Positions 61,464-64,000 of a stretch of DNA of 64,000 bases are shown here, in pieces. The first letter of the stretch is position 1; every line of letters starts with the position of its first letter. A program made the translations under genes and the position numbers. The notes beneath the pieces were generated by a model that ran no database searches, was not told the origin of the DNA, and saw only the letters and a program-made list of their open reading frames with translations. This DNA comes from Macrostomum lignano (lineage: Eukaryota): assembly GCA_002269645.1 (NCBI GenBank), contig NIVC01000792.1, positions 1 through 64,000 of the forward strand, in the 5' to 3' direction.

Positions 61464-63053
61464 TCAAACAGTCTTCAGCTGTCGGATTTCCTGCTGGGAC
61501 AGTCCAGCTTTCAGCAGGTAGTTCTCGGCGCTACGGTAAGTCTCCAGTATGTAGTCAACCAGCTGCAGCATGGTAGATCGCGACTCTTTGAGTCTGGCGC
61601 TGTGCTCAGACTCCGGGTAGTCACCCTGATATCTGGCAAATTCGGTCTAAAGCAGACAAGGATGGGATTGATAGGCCAATTTTGCTTTTTGCTAATATTT
61701 TTTAACTCATAATTCACTATAAGTTGGTTTTTTGTTTCACGGTTTTATTGGAGCTGTCGATGTGAGTGCAGAAGAAGACGTGGCCTGCCCTAATGGCCAG
61801 ATGTGCAACCGACAGCTCAGCCGCAGCCATCGCGCGGCGCATCTGAAGGCTGCGTACGGCTGTTCAGTTCACCCAGCTGTAAAACGGGTGCCAACTTAAC
61901 TAAGTTAAGTGTCTTGCTCAAGGACACACACTGTTCCGAGTGGGTCGGGAATCATGCCCATCACGCATCAGTTAATACTGTGTTCCAAGCTCCTCCAGCT
62001 ACCTCCCAGCAGCGCCTCCCTGCTCCTCACCTCCGACGCGGCGTGCATGTCGGCCAGAATGCTGGGATCCTCGCCCAGAAGCAGCTGCATCAGACAGCCG
62101 ACCACGGCTGCCACCTGCTGACCGTCCCGGCTGACCAACAGCGCCGGGTAGGCGTCCCGTCTGGCCAACACCCGCATGGCTGCGGCCAGCGCGTCCGGGA
62201 AGCAGTCGAGCACTTCCCGTAGCAGCCGCAGTGTTGGCCGGCCGGCGCTGGCGGGCAGCAGGTAGGCGCTGACATCCGGGACGCACAGCCGGCAGGGCCC
62301 GGCGTAGTCGGCCAGAAATCTCCGCAGCTGGAGCTGAGGCGAGCGAAGACAGTCCACCCGGTAGGCGATGGCGGAGACCAAGTCGTCGTCGGCACCCACC
62401 GGGCGCTCAATGATGAAGCCGTCAGTCTCAGCTCCCGCGTCGGCCTCCGGCTGCCAGCGGAGGACGCAGAGATGGCTGAGGGCCAAAAATTTGGCGTTTT
62501 CAAATAAAATTGGAAGAGAATGGCAGAAATATGAAGACAAGAACGTACATGTAACAATAACAGTTCTAGCAGCATAAAGCATTAAGCCTAAAAGAACCGA
62601 GAAGACAATTCGATAGCGAGTTCTGCAAGGCTCAAGTGGAAATGTATCTATACGAAGGGAACACACCTCTACAACCGAAGCACACTTCTACAACAGAAAT
62701 GCACCTTCACAACGCGAATGCACACCTGTATGTAAAACCTACTTATATAGAGGCGCATCCGGTGGCTCTGTTCTCTCATGGTCGGACCTGAGATCGATGA
62801 TTGATCGCAGGCCAAGCGACATCAACTCGGCGGCCCCCTCGTCGTCCAGGTTGAACGGATCGCACGCCCGCAGGCAGATCTTGCCGCCAACAACTTGACA
62901 GACGCGCAAGTTCGGCAGTCCGTTTGGTCGTCGTTCTCGAAGCCGTTTCAAGCGTTCCAAGAGTAGCTGCTGATTGCGATCCGACTCGTCGCCAAACAGC
63001 TGCTGAGTGACGCCAGAGTCGGGTCGGTTTGGACCAGCTTCTCTGGAAGACAT
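61464..63053 (-). CDS. Y_phosphatase3 (IphP/PtpB-like) family protein with degenerate active site (~305 aa); exons 63053-62743, 62475-62031, 61625-61464
   Basis: GLPNLRV (NFRD-like), LGLRSIIDLRSDHE..PD, YPAL..LLG..ILAD, C-terminal YRSAENYLLKAGLSQQEIRQLK. Joins GT-AG, phases 2 and 0; CDS 918 nt. The third exon is absent from the supplied ORF track. Confidence 0.8.
61795..61965 (-). mobile_element. CORE-like SINE fragment with an internal inversion, inside intron 2 of the phosphatase-like gene
   Basis: Shares CCTTGAGCAAGACACTTAA and ACTGAACAGCCGTACGCAG(C/T)CTTCAGATGCGCC with 37395-37635. Confidence 0.55.
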
Positions 63054-64000
63054 GCCGTTTTGTTTCAGTGAGGAGAAGTTTAGCTGGAACGATTCTGTGC
63101 TGGATGACAGGGGATGCTAATTCTCTGCGACGGGACTTGCTTCAAGTCGTCTTTCGTTGACTTCTCTGCTCTAATTTGATCCTTTTTCTAATCTTTCTGG
63201 AGGCAGCCCGTGTGTGCGCGCTTGATTCTGCTTTGAATAATGCCGTTTTTTAATTGGCAACGCAGCAACTGAAACTCACTGAAGAGTAGAGCAAAGCCAG
63301 GGTTAAGCCAGGAATTAAAACAAGACCGAGACTAGGAGAGAAAGAATGAAATGGAAAGGAGAGATGTTGCCCCTGTGAGTACAATCTGTTGCTTGACGAG
63401 TGTCTTTGGACACTGGAAGCTGTGGACGATGGCAAGAGAGCGAGAAAGAGAGAGCGAAAGGGGAGAGTGGGCGAGTTCTATGCGCTCATGGCACGCCAGC
63501 ACCAGCAGCAGCAATACACTGTTGTCATTATACAATAGCTAGAGTACTTTTTGCTTACAGATGGGGTAAGAGAATGAAGGTGGCAGAGAGACAGTCCGAA
63601 GCAAGAAGCGTCCAGTTTGTGCTGCTGGGCTACCTGCACATTGAGCTGTCTGGTTGAATACAAGGCTAGCTATTGATAAGTAAACAAGCTATAGTAAAAT
63701 CAAAGCTAAGTCAGGTTTACGCTCGCGTCAGAGATGAACGCATGGAGTTTCCTGGCGTTGGTAGTGGATTAAGGGGATATATTGGGAGATACTTTGAAGC
63801 CTTCCTGAGCTGAGGACTAAACAGTACGTGGATTGTAGCAGGAAGTAATTTGCTACACTGTTTCACAGATCTAGGGGGATTGGACTAAATCCTATTCTGC
63901 CTTCTCTTATCTCACAGACAACGGGTTTATAAGGGGAACTTTCTCCGGTGCAATCTTGATTGAGTGGCTGAGACGCTTTGCGGTGACTGTGAGTGGAGCT

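Overview
AT-rich eukaryotic genomic DNA with GT-AG introns and GC-rich exons; about a quarter of the window (~17 kb, my rough sum) is tandem repeat. The style suggests a flatworm such as Macrostomum (inference, not tested). No CRISPR array, rRNA or intact tRNA gene is supportable. Seven host genes can be assembled by hand: a frameshifted peptide-type GPCR (+), a 2-exon TspO-like multipass membrane protein (+), a 4-exon Src-family kinase (+), a 2-exon DEG/ENaC subunit (-), a claudin/PMP22/TMEM47-like tetraspan gene (+), a 6-exon nAChR alpha-like subunit (-) and a 3-exon Y_phosphatase3/IphP-like protein (-). Mobile DNA: a Ty3/Gypsy element lacking protease and RT core, two solo LTRs of another family, a Harbinger derivative carrying only the Myb/SANT gene, hAT/Harbinger/Tc1-type MITEs and two CORE-like SINE fragments. 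Most interesting: (1) the claudin-like locus has two alternative 5' modules, each with its own N-terminus, TM1 and first extracellular loop, feeding shared TM2-TM4 exons; (2) the phosphatase has lost its CX5R motif; (3) the nAChR and ENaC subunits have unusual residues at ligand-binding, gating and filter positions. All exon joins are manual predictions without transcript data, and all family assignments come from remembered motifs, not database searches.
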